Source of the DNA: Octopus sinensis
Taxonomy: Eukaryota
Direction: 5' to 3'
Assembly: GCF_006345805.1 (NCBI RefSeq)
Contig: NC_042998.1
Span: 125,302,001 to 125,366,000, forward strand
DNA: 64,000 bases
Part shown: positions 53,611 to 64,000 of the stretch, piece after piece
How positions within the stretch are numbered: the first letter of the stretch is position 1
Layout: the number at the start of each line of letters is the position of its first letter
The notes under the pieces: generated by a model
What the model saw: only the letters and a program-made list of their open reading frames with translations
What the model was told of the DNA's origin: nothing
Databases searched by the model: none
Translations under genes and position numbers: made by a program

Positions 53611-55502
53611 TTTTAATATCCGTATTCACTCTTCTACTAATGAAGAGGGATTTATAGTAAACTTTGACAAATTTGTCCTGTAATGTAATATAGTGAACTG
53701 GGTGCTTTAAAAAAAAAGAAAAATGAGTGTAAAATAACTATGGACCAGAAATTTGAATATTTTTTTATTTTTATATAAATGAAAATGACCTACTTTGAAA
53801 ATCAAAATGTATGCAATAGTTGTTTTTGAGTCATGTTTTATTATATCAAGAAAAACTTAACCTTCCCTAATTTGTTAATGGTATTGGAGAATAGCTTCAT
53901 ATGATATTTTTACATAATGGAGATGGTGATATGTTAATGAAGACTAAAGACAAATTATAATGGTAGGCTTCCTAATACACCTCTTCACACTAACACTTTT
54001 GATAGGATAGTTTTTTTGTTGTTTTTTTTTTCCGATAGCGTAATATTTTTTCGTTTTCTTTTTCCAAGAAACTCTGCCAAGACTCAGATTTAATATACCA
54101 TAATATTTTACTTTCAATTCACTGTACAAAAATCGAAACCATAAATGGTTGAATGGTTTTTAATTCTGTTGTGATTCCTTCATCTGTGCAATCTTCCTCT
54201 ACCTCTCATCACTAAGGTCTACCAATAAATAAATTGCTTTATCTATTTACCATAAACGTACTAAACAAGCATAAGAAAAAAATCTAATAAAATGTTTGTG
54301 TAGCCAAAATTGTTTTAGGAAATATAAATAAAACCAAAATTTGTTTACTGAGTCAATTTATAGTAACTAACAAATTTAGTTTGAAATGTAAATTCCTTAG
54401 CATGTCTGTGACAGTTAATATCAGTCTAACAGCATTTGAGTAAACTGTTAAGTTTTGTCCTGATTCAGTCTTAGATATCACCTAAGTAAATGAATTGTTT
54501 TGTACAAATAGATAGTAGTTCTGTCATCATATGTTAGAACAAAGAAATCATTGCAGTTGTTTGACCACTTGAAATAGCAGCCAAATCTCCATCCCTGTCT
54601 TAAAGGACAATCAAATAATATAGTCCTAAATATCCTTCAAAAGACTGGGTGATCACTGCTGGAATCGCTTTCATCATTGGTCTATTGGATCAAGACTGAC
54701 ATAAGGCTAAAAAGCGTTCTTTTATTTTTTCATTGGTTTTATATATACAAGCAGTATATCCCTTGCCCGGGATTAAGTTACGATTATTAAGCTAATCAAG
54801 TTCTTTATTTCAAACCAAACTAAGTAATATCGACTTCAAATTTGGGCAAAATCCGTTGAAATTGGTTATGTTATATATATATTATATATATATATATTAT
54901 ATAATATAATATAATATAAATATATATGGGCAACAGACATGAACACACATGTACGTACGTACACCTATTGCATGTTTTGTGCATGCATACATGTTCATAA
55001 ACAGAAATGAATGGAAAAATGTAGTTAGATTTGTAGATTAACACTCGCACGATTTTCGCATAATTGGGTTTTTTTTGCGTGGAATCAACTACTCTGGCCT
55101 CCTAATATGCTACAAAACCCTTTTTGTGGTCCGTAAAACGGAGTGGGTGTGGTGGAAGCCTCGGAAATTGTACCCATCTATATTGTGCAATTCACTGACA
55201 AATTGCTACTCACCTCTTTGTTTCTTTGTTGTTAAATAAATGGATTGTCAACAAAACACTTTTTTACTCGGCGTAAAATAAGAACAAAACTCTTTCGCAC
55301 CCAAAGTAATGTGTGTGAGAGAGAGGGGGGAGAGAAAGATGAACGATTTAAAATAAATAAATGATTTAAAATAAATATATTGTAATTGTTGTGTGAGAAA
55401 GTATATATACTATGATTATAAAATAGTGTCTTTCAAAAACATCCTGAATTTGAACACTATATCTCGTGTTTAAGAAAAGACAAAACATTTTAAATTTTAT
55501 AT

Positions 55503-56140
55503 TTTATGAACGTCGTCACTTACTCTCTCTCTCCCTCTCTCACTTTGTCTTTCCCGTGAAACTCTGCTTCTCTTCCACTTTTCTTTATCTTGTTTTTTTT
55601 GTTAGACTCCGTGAGAAAGCTATGGCTGAACATAGATTTTTATGAACGTCGTCACTTACTCTCTCTCCCTCTCTCACTTTGTCTTTCCCGTGAAACTCTC
55701 TGCCTCTCTTCTTTATCTTGTTTCTTTTGTTAGACGCCGTCAAAAAGCTATGGCTTTTTAAAATTTTTACCAAAACATTTTGAAAAATTTTCCCCAAAAT
55801 TTTTTTTTAAACAATTTTTGAAAATTTTTTGAAAAATTTTGGGTGAAAATTTTCAAAAAATTTTTTGAAAAATTTTGGGTGAGAAGTTTCAAAACATATT
55901 TTGAAAAATTTTGGGTGAAAATTTTCAAAAAATTTTTCAAAAAGTTTTGGGGAAAATTTCCAAAAAATTTTTCAAAAAGTTTTGGGGAAAATTTTCAAAA
56001 AATTTTTCAAAAAGTTTTGGGGAAAATTTCCAAAAAATTTTTCAAAAATTGATGAAAATTTTCAAAAAGTTTTTTTAATTTTGGAGAAAATTTTCAAAAA
56101 ATTTTTCAATAATTTTGGGGAAAATTAGTGAAAAATTTTT
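55503..56140. repeat. ~130-bp direct duplication followed by an A/T-tract minisatellite (~38-bp units)
   Basis: ttttatgaacgtcgtcacttactctctctc... occurs at ~55503 and ~55638, followed by repeats of ttttgggg/tgaaaattttcaaaaaatttttcaaaaag. Confidence 0.85.
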
Positions 56141-56671
56141 GATTACAATAGTCAAACAGTAATAATAAAAGCAACAAACCTTTTTAATATATCTCCATTT
56201 ATGTGAAACCACTTATTCAAGTTGAAGTCATTGATGCAATTTTATACGAATTGCTAATACACACACACACACATAAGGGTGAAAAATTGAATATTAATTT
56301 GATTTATATGAATTGAAAACCAGTGGTGTAGCATATAAGACCATAGCGGATCTTCTAGCTAAATGGATGACCATTGTTAATGGTTCATCCCTGTTATATA
56401 ATACTTTCACTTTAATAGTGAAAGTGTCTGCATAACAGAAACAGAGATGTTTTTGTTTCACTTTTAACACGTAATACTGAAATAGTGGAGAAGATATGAT
56501 ATTGCTGTGGGGTCGCCCTAGGGAAAAGGTTAAGATTTTGCCCATGACACTCCCCGGACCTTAAGTAAGGCATGTGTAAAATTTGAATGAAATTGGTTGT
56601 GTAGTTCTCAAGTTTTAGAGAAACACACAGACAGACAGACACAGATTCTCAGTTTTAAATATATAGAGATA

Positions 56672-57535
56672 TCATCATCATCATCATTTAACGTCCGCTT
56701 TCCATGCTAGCATGGGTTGGACGATTTGACTGAGGTCTGGCGAACCAGATGGCTGCACCAGACTCCAATCTGATCTGGCAGAGTTTCTACAGCTGGATGC
56801 CCTTCCTTAAGAGGAGGCTGAGAACCAATCCTTCATCAGCGACTCTTAAAGCCTATCAGTCTTACAAGAAAAACTATAATGCTGTGGCCAGCATTCACCT
56901 TACAGACAGTATCCCTGTACATAGCTTGTGCAGTTCTCATCAACCACTCGTCTATCTGTAGCTTCTGCATTGACCACCTTATCTGATGGTCAATGCATGT
57001 TAACATGTTTCTCCATGTTAACAAAAGCCAAGTGAAGCGTTTTATTTTTGGCTAAGTACTTCTATTGCAACTGCTTACAAGGAATATAGCATAAGGTGTG
57101 CTTCTCCTCAATACAAAACCTAATTGCATCTCATCTAGACTAACTCTCTGTAACTTTCATCACCTGGTCCAGCAATTTGATACCTCCGTGATGATTTCTG
57201 TCTAAGGCATCACATTTACCTTTTTGACTATAATGCTGCTACATTAGTCACTGGGTATGACTCCCTCATAGACAACCTGATTAACTACACAGGTGACTAG
57301 ACCATATCCTGCTCTGCCAGATATTTTAAGCATCCCAGCAGTGACTCCTGATGGACTGGGGGCTTTCCCTGTCTTCATTTCCTTGATGGTTTTATCTTCC
57401 AAGCTACTGTCTATTTAGATAGCTGGTTCCTCTGTCGGATCCACATTAGACAGACTCTCCTCCCACGTGTTCTCTACATTTAGCAGCCTTTCATAGTGAC
57501 AATTCTGGCCTTTTCTGGCAGAGTCACAAATTGCA
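56672..57535 (-). mobile_element. RTE LINE: RT fragment plus 3' tail
   Basis: IRWSMQKLQIDEWLMRTAQAMYRDTVCKV is RTE RT-like. The tail at 56672-56806 matches 11555-11688. Confidence 0.75.
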
Positions 57536-57914
57536 AATGAACTATATAAATATATTTTGTTTTACATTCATTTTTCCATACTTGCATGGGTTAGACGCAG
57601 ATATTATTTATTGAGATATTGTTTTAAAGCTAGATGCTCTTCCTGCTGCTAACCGTTAACTATTTTCCAAATATTACATTCCATCAGCTTCAAAGATGGA
57701 ATGCAGATATAGACAACCACACAGAAACACTCGCATGCATACACATAGGATGGTGTTCTTTCATTTTCCAACAAGGTCTACTCACAAGGCTTTGGTACCC
57801 CTGGGACAACAGTAAAAGACACTTGTCCAAGCACTGTGCAGTGGAACTGGACCCAAAACCATGTGATTAGAAAACTTACCAACCACACAGCCATGTTTAC
57901 ATCTACTTATATAT

Positions 57915-58138
57915 ATATTTCTATACTACCCACAAGGGGCTAAACACAGAGGGGACAAACAAAGGGATTAAGTCGATTACATCGACCCCAGTGCGTAACT
58001 GGTACTTAATTTATCGACCCCGAAAGGATGAAAGGCAAAGTCGACCTCGGCGGAATTTGAACTCGGAACGTAACGACAGACGAAATACGGCTACGCAGGT
58101 CGCCCGCGTGCTAACGTTTCTGCCAGCTCGCCGCCTTT
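57915..58138 (-). mobile_element. SINE family A, full length
   Basis: Reverse complement of 7341-7577. Confidence 0.9.
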
Positions 58139-58139
58139 T

Positions 58140-58177
<38 letters not shown>

Positions 58178-58195
58178 GTGTACATGTGTGTGTAT

Positions 58196-58227
<32 letters not shown>

Positions 58228-58362
58228 CACACACTGTGTACATGTGTGTGTATATATATATAATATATATATATATATAATATATACACACACTGTGTAC
58301 ATGTGTGTGTATATATATAATATATATATATATTATATACACACACTGTGTACATGTGTGTG
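58140..58362. repeat. Four-copy composite minisatellite (TA)n-acacacactgtgtacatgtgtgtg
   Basis: The unit recurs at about 58170, 58228, 58286 and 58339. Confidence 0.85.
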
Positions 58363-58779
58363 TTCCATGTACTGTAAATTATTACTTCAAGAAATAGATA
58401 TTGAGGAAATAAGTACCACACTTAAAAATAAGTACAGGCACATATGAGCAAGATGTGGCCTCTTGACCAGTCTAGGAAAGCAATGACTCCAAATATCCGA
58501 CTTGGACCATGACATATTGCCCAGTCAATGCCAGCGTTGAAAATTGAGCATACAATCATGATGATGTTTGTGCTTCAAGTTCAAATAGTCAACTTTGTTT
58601 CTGAGTAGATAAAATAGCTATTTGTCATGTTATAGGACCAACCCACTTCCCTCATAAATTTATAGTTTTGTACAAATGTAAGAAATCAACACTGTTAACT
58701 TTATAGTCATCTTAACTTCACAAACAACCAATATAGGCAATGTTAGAAATAACTGGAACAGTAATGTCAGATTTAATAC

Positions 58780-59127
58780 AGTGCCGCCTGACTGGCTCCC
58801 ATGCCAATGGCACATAAAAAGCATTCGAGCATGGTTGTTGCCAGTGCCGCCTGACTAGCTCCCATGCTGGTGACACATAAAATGCACCATTCGAGCAGGG
58901 TCGTTGCCAGTGCCACTCGACTGGCCCTCATGCCAGTGGTACATAAAAAGCACCCATTACACTCTTAGAGCGGTTGGTATTAGGAAGGGCATCCAGCTGT
59001 AGAAACTGCCAGATAAGATTAGAGTCTAGTACAGCCTTCTGGCTTGCTGGTCCTCAGTCAAACTGTCCAACCCATGCCAGCATGGAAAGAGGACGTTAAA
59101 CAACAGCAATGATGATGATGATGATGA
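58780..59127 (+). mobile_element. RTE 3' UTR/tail copy
   Basis: Matches 11300-11688, including the tandem units and (GAT)n end. Confidence 0.8.
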
Positions 59128-59180
59128 GTCTTTACCATTATCTTGCAAGTTCAAAATTACTTTTTGATCATCCCAGAGTT

Positions 59181-59541
59181 ACAGTTCTATATTTAAGAGA
59201 TGAGGAATTATGTACATTATTTACATTTGACGGATATTTGTCCTCATCTTGTTTGTTGTATACACAACGTTTTGGCTGATATACTCTCCAGCCTTCATCA
59301 GGTGTCTTGGGAAAATTTCGAACCTGGGTTCTCATTCCTAAGGTATATTTTGATATTGTTGTTGTTATTATTATTCAGGTCACTACCTGGAATCGAACTC
59401 GGAATCTTGGTGTTAGTAGCCTGCACTCTTAACCACTAAGCCATATGTCTATGAAGGCTGGAGGGTATATCAGCCGAAACATTGTATTAGCAACAAACAA
59501 GATGAGGACAAATATCCGTCAAATGTAAATAATGTAAATAG
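59181..59541 (-). mobile_element. tRNA-headed, hammerhead-bearing fold-back SINE with 12-bp TSD
   Basis: TSD catcccagagtt at 59169-59180 and 59542-59553. A box tggcttagtgg (59443-59433), B box gagttcgattcc (59400-59389), HHR near 59263-59306, inverted arms 59213-59298 and 59451-59536. Confidence 0.85.
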
Positions 59542-61132
59542 CATCCCAGAGTTGTTAGAATAAGAACCAGTTGTATATAAAGTATATCCCACCGTACAGA
59601 AAATTTACCCCTTATACCTGTGTAAGGAACCAATATCATTTCCTTTATTATCTTATTTGAATGATGTTTTAATGAACTTTTTTGTAAATTTTTCTGTTTC
59701 TTTTTGTTTGTCTCAGTCCATCATTATATATTTTTTTGCTTATCTCCATATTTTTCTGTCTACCTTCTCATTTCTCTTTCTATCTATATCTCAAGTTTTA
59801 TATATATATATACAATACACACACACACATCTGTTACTCTGTCCATGTGTTACTATCTTTCTGCCTACAACCCTTATATTTACAATTATGAGTACGTGAT
59901 ATACTCAAATATGTCCTTTAGACAAGTACAGAAAGGAACAGAGAAATAATGACTGAGAGAGAATGAATTCACATCTATTTTTATAAATAAAATATTTTGA
60001 CATTTCACTAATATATTGTTTTCTGGTCATTCTATATTGTTTTCTGGTCATTTGCCTGTATATTTGTTATATGCTTTTATTTTTTTAAATTTCTTTTTCC
60101 TTTCTTCTATGTCTTTACATTGAACTAGAGACCTGCACAAGCTTTACATCTTACCAACTTCCAATAGTTCTAATTTAAGGATTGTATCCATCCATATAGT
60201 ATGGTTTAACCCTTTAGCATTTAAACTGTCCATATCCAGCCCAAATATTCTACATATTTTACATTCAAACTGGCCAAATCAAGCCTCTCACACTTACCCT
60301 GCACAAACATTCTAAAAATAAGCAATCACATCATTGAAATATCAAAGCTATATGATAATGCCTGATTAATTCAAAACAATTTGAACAAAAGAAAGCATTA
60401 CATCTGACAGTAATCTGAATGCTAAAGGTTTAATGATAATATAGTTCAAGAATGTCTCTTAACTGAGATTATTTGTACAATTAGGTAAAAAAAAAACTCA
60501 CTCTAGTATTTAAAAATCGAAAAACAAGCAAAGATATCTCAACTAAGATTTATCAATCAGAATGTTTAGAAAATAAAAACAGTACAGATGACAGTGGATA
60601 TTGTCTTTAAAGCCAGCCAATGAATACAGTGCACATGCAGACATATGATCAAAGCAATGCCATCCATGACCATTCCATCTTTTGTATATCTACGATTACG
60701 CTGTCCTCTGTCCTTCCATTTTCAAAACAGTATGGATGAGACCTGAAGATTTAGTTCCTATTTTTAGCAGGTTGGGTGACTATGTAGTTTGTATTTAGGG
60801 TAGATGAAGATGGTGAATTGTCAGTCACTAAGATGTTGAATAGTGCTTTGTGGTGTTTGTTCTGACCATGGTCAATTTTGCCTTCTATCCTTTCAGGGTT
60901 AATAAAAAGTATACCAAACTAAGGTGGTGGATTAGCAGAATTATTAGCCAGGTGAGATACTTTGCAGTATTTCTTCCACCACTTTGCATTTTGGCAGCAA
61001 TGCCAGTGATATACTAAGCTAAGTCTGACCAAGTTGGTGGTCTTTCTCTTAGATAAACATCAGTGACATGGAAGGGGGAGATTTTCATGCAAGACCAACT
61101 GCTGGTTTCACTCAAAAGAAAAAAAACCTTAC

Positions 61133-62643
61133 CTAGACTTACACATACATGTGCAGACATGTTGTCAACATTGACCAATGGAGACGTTCTAGAATAGATG
61201 ATTTTCATACCTGCATAATGTAACAGAATTTAAGTTTCCTTGTAGATTACCGTGCCATTTATTTTATTAGATTCCTATTGTTTATTCTTGTACAAATCTA
61301 TAGAATGAATCGTCAAATTGAAAAAATTGCATTTGCCACTTGACAATGACTACTGAATAAAGGTAGGAAACTCTGTATATATTTAATCTTTTGCACTTCA
61401 GTGCTTTTGACAAAAGTATGTATTCAATATCTTCTAACTCAACACTAATCCTCTTTCCTCAAAGAATACTAGTTGACTGCCTTCACTTTATTATATAACT
61501 AGCACCCCACCTTTTTATGGGATATACATTCAATGCAACACTGAAGTAGATATTCTAAAGAAATAATTCCAATACATTAAATCTTTAACTGACAAGATAG
61601 TGGAGAGAGGAAATATTTTAGTGCCAAAATACACAATCTTTTATCTTTTACTTGTTTCAGGCACAGCCTTTTAAGAGTTTACTATAAGAAATCAACTTCA
61701 GTCCTTTATAAGTTTGGTTTTTACCCTACTGGTCTCTTTCTAACAAACTGCTAAGTTACAGGCACATAAACAAACCAAGTAGTTGTGAGGGACAAACATG
61801 AAAACATGCACAGATGTACATATATATATATGACAAGCTTCTTTCAGTTTCTGTCTACCAAATCCATTCACAAGACATTGGTTGGCCCAGGGTTATAGTA
61901 GAAGACACTTACTCACCCAAGGTGCTGCACAATGGGACTGAACCTGAGTATTTTCAGACCACTTCATTCTGAGGAAACTGCTAGAAATGACTTTGCTTTT
62001 CCTTACTCTAGAGGCCAATAAAATAATTATATTGTGGACAGATTCCATTGATATATTTTTTTAAGCTCCTTCTCAATATCCAGCTTTAAAAAAAAAAAAA
62101 GACTACTCGATAAAGTCATGGCCATGCTGTTGATGGTAGTCTGTGTCAAGCCTATAAACTTTCGTGGCTGCTACTTATCCAGATGCATAAGAGTACAAAA
62201 TTCCTCCCTGAACAGGATGCCAGTTTGTCATAATTTTCCACTGATACTAATTTTCAGCTGATTGTAACTAAGGCAACCTAAAATGAAATGCTCAGTTCAA
62301 AGACATGTTCCACCTGTCTGAGACTTGAATCCATAAGTTCATGAGGAGTCCAACACCCCAACCACTAAACTACACACATTTACTGTTAACATCATCATCA
62401 TCATCGTTTAGCGTCCATTTTCCATGCTAGCATGGGTTGGACGGTTCTACTGGGGTCTGTGAAGCCAGAAGGCTTCATCAGGCCCAGTCAAATCTGGCAG
62501 TGTTTCTATGGCTGGATGCCCTTCCTAACACCAACCACTCCGTGAGTGTAGTGAGTGCTTTTTACGTGCCACAGTAATATATTTTTCTTACCTTTCTCAG
62601 TTTTATGTTCAAATTCTGATGATATCATATTTCTTTCATCCTT
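61133..62643 (-). CDS. Two possible small exons (62643-62592, 61210-61133) of an unidentified minus-strand gene
   Basis: AG...GTAAG-bounded and phase-compatible: KDERNMISSEFEHKTEK-G-MKIIYSRTSPLVNVDNMSAHVCVSL. No homology recognised. Confidence 0.3.
62390..62570 (-). mobile_element. RTE 3' tail copy
   Basis: (CAT)n cgtttagcgtccattttccatgctagcatgggttggacgg...ttttacgtgccac matches the other tail copies. Confidence 0.8.
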
Positions 62644-64000
62644 CTAGGGTCAAATTAAAATCAGTTATAAATTGTAGAGATACCCTTCTGCCAGATAACT
62701 TTCTCAAATTTGTTATGTAAAGTGAAACAAGGTCTAACCAGTAGAGGGATGTTACCAATTGCAAAGTCTGCAAATTGATTCTCATTCCCTTATTAAAGCA
62801 AATTAACTTCACTAACACCATTCACATTTTTAGAGAAAAGTGAAATTTCCAATTTAACTAAAGTATAGTTCTTTTGGGCAGTGTCCAAAATAAACATTTT
62901 AACCCTAATTATCAATATACAAATAAGGAGAAAAATATCAATAAATACGGTTTTTTCTAGTATTTGCAAAAATATTATAGTCTTTGTGTGTTATTCAAAT
63001 TTCAATAATTAGATGTTACAATTGGTTGCATGCAAAAAAAGTTATTAGTTCAAGTAGACAAAATTAAACATTGGATGCCTTTAGCAATGTATACTCCACT
63101 GTAAGCATTTAGTTAATAACTCCAATATTTCGGTAACTTTGTTTCTTCTCAAATACCATGGAAACAGTCAAGCTAGCTGCATTTTGTTTCTTATCCAAAG
63201 GCTTTCAATTTTTTAGTAAAATATACCAAAACAATCCTTCATATCTAGACTAATCATTTGGTCACTTTCTTCCCATAAAAAAGTAGTATTTGAAGCCTCA
63301 AGAATTATTGGCAATAGATGTTACAAGGTAATGATGGTGAGCAAGCAGAATCGTTAGCACGCCAGGCAAAAATTGCTTAGCAGCATTTCGTCTGTATTTA
63401 TATTCTGAGTTCAAACTCCATTAAGGTTGATTCTGCCTTTCATCCTTTTGAGTTTGGTAAAATAAGTACTAGCTGATTCCTGGGGTCAATGTAATCAACA
63501 TGCTTCTTCCCCTAAAACTGCATGAGCTAAAATTGGAAACCAATAGATGTTATATGGTCACTCACAAGTAAACTGCATGCAGTTTGGATTTTGTGATAAA
63601 TACTTAATTTATGAGATTAACAATTAACTGACACCACCTATAAATCACTTTACAACCAATTTTCTATGATGAGTAGTCCTAGATCAAATCAGTTCATATT
63701 GAGTTACTGCCCTACAAGACAAGTTGAAGTCTATCTTTCTCATACATAGCAGTTTGGCAGTACATCAGACATGCTCAGCAGCATTTCTGGCTCTTGATAT
63801 GCTGAGCACAAACCCTATCAAGGTCAACCAAACCTTTTAATCCTTTCAGAGTCAATAAAATAAATACCAGTTGTCCCTAAGGTCAATGCAATCGACTAAC
63901 CCTTTAAAATTGCAGGCCTTGTGCCAGAATTTGAAACCATTATTATATTGTAAGATGGCAGAAACATTAGCACTGATTTCAAATTGCACCTAGGTCTACT

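Noticed and set aside
56810-56850. ctgatga on the minus strand beside an RTE tail
   Set aside because: No GAAA or closing stems.
58011-58447. YIYI/THTH/CVCV-rich ORFs here and elsewhere in the track
   Set aside because: Translations of (TA)n/(CA)n microsatellites and SINEs.
59378-59446. Genuine tRNA gene
   Set aside because: A and B boxes are present, but acceptor and anticodon stems pair poorly and it lies inside a TSD-bounded element, so it is treated as a SINE head.

Overview
AT-rich, microsatellite-dense eukaryotic DNA; the SINE families and repeat landscape suggest an octopus/cephalopod genome (inference). One well-supported spliced gene: a Mieap/SPATA18-like gene on + (5 coding exons, 47170-53610, 377 aa), plus weak exon candidates on the minus strand. 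The rest is mostly transposon-derived: three tRNA-derived SINE families, RTE and CR1-like LINE fragments, mariner/Tc1 and hAT remnants and a solo LTR. The main signal is a Penelope-like element (PLE)/hammerhead ribozyme system. It comprises a recent 5'-truncated Naiad-type PLE (RT + GIY-YIG, 20298-24398) with an inverted pseudo-LTR, and at least six further sequence-unrelated type I hammerhead (HHR) cassettes, most in fold-back structures within (TA)n tracts. Two stand out. One is a 361-bp element (59181-59541) joining a tRNA-like Pol III head to an HHR-bearing, PLE-style fold-back tail between 12-bp target-site duplications, i.e. a candidate Penelope-mobilised SINE. The other is an HHR with a compensatory G3:C8 core swap (40347-40397). 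All structures were folded and translated by eye; no database searches were run.
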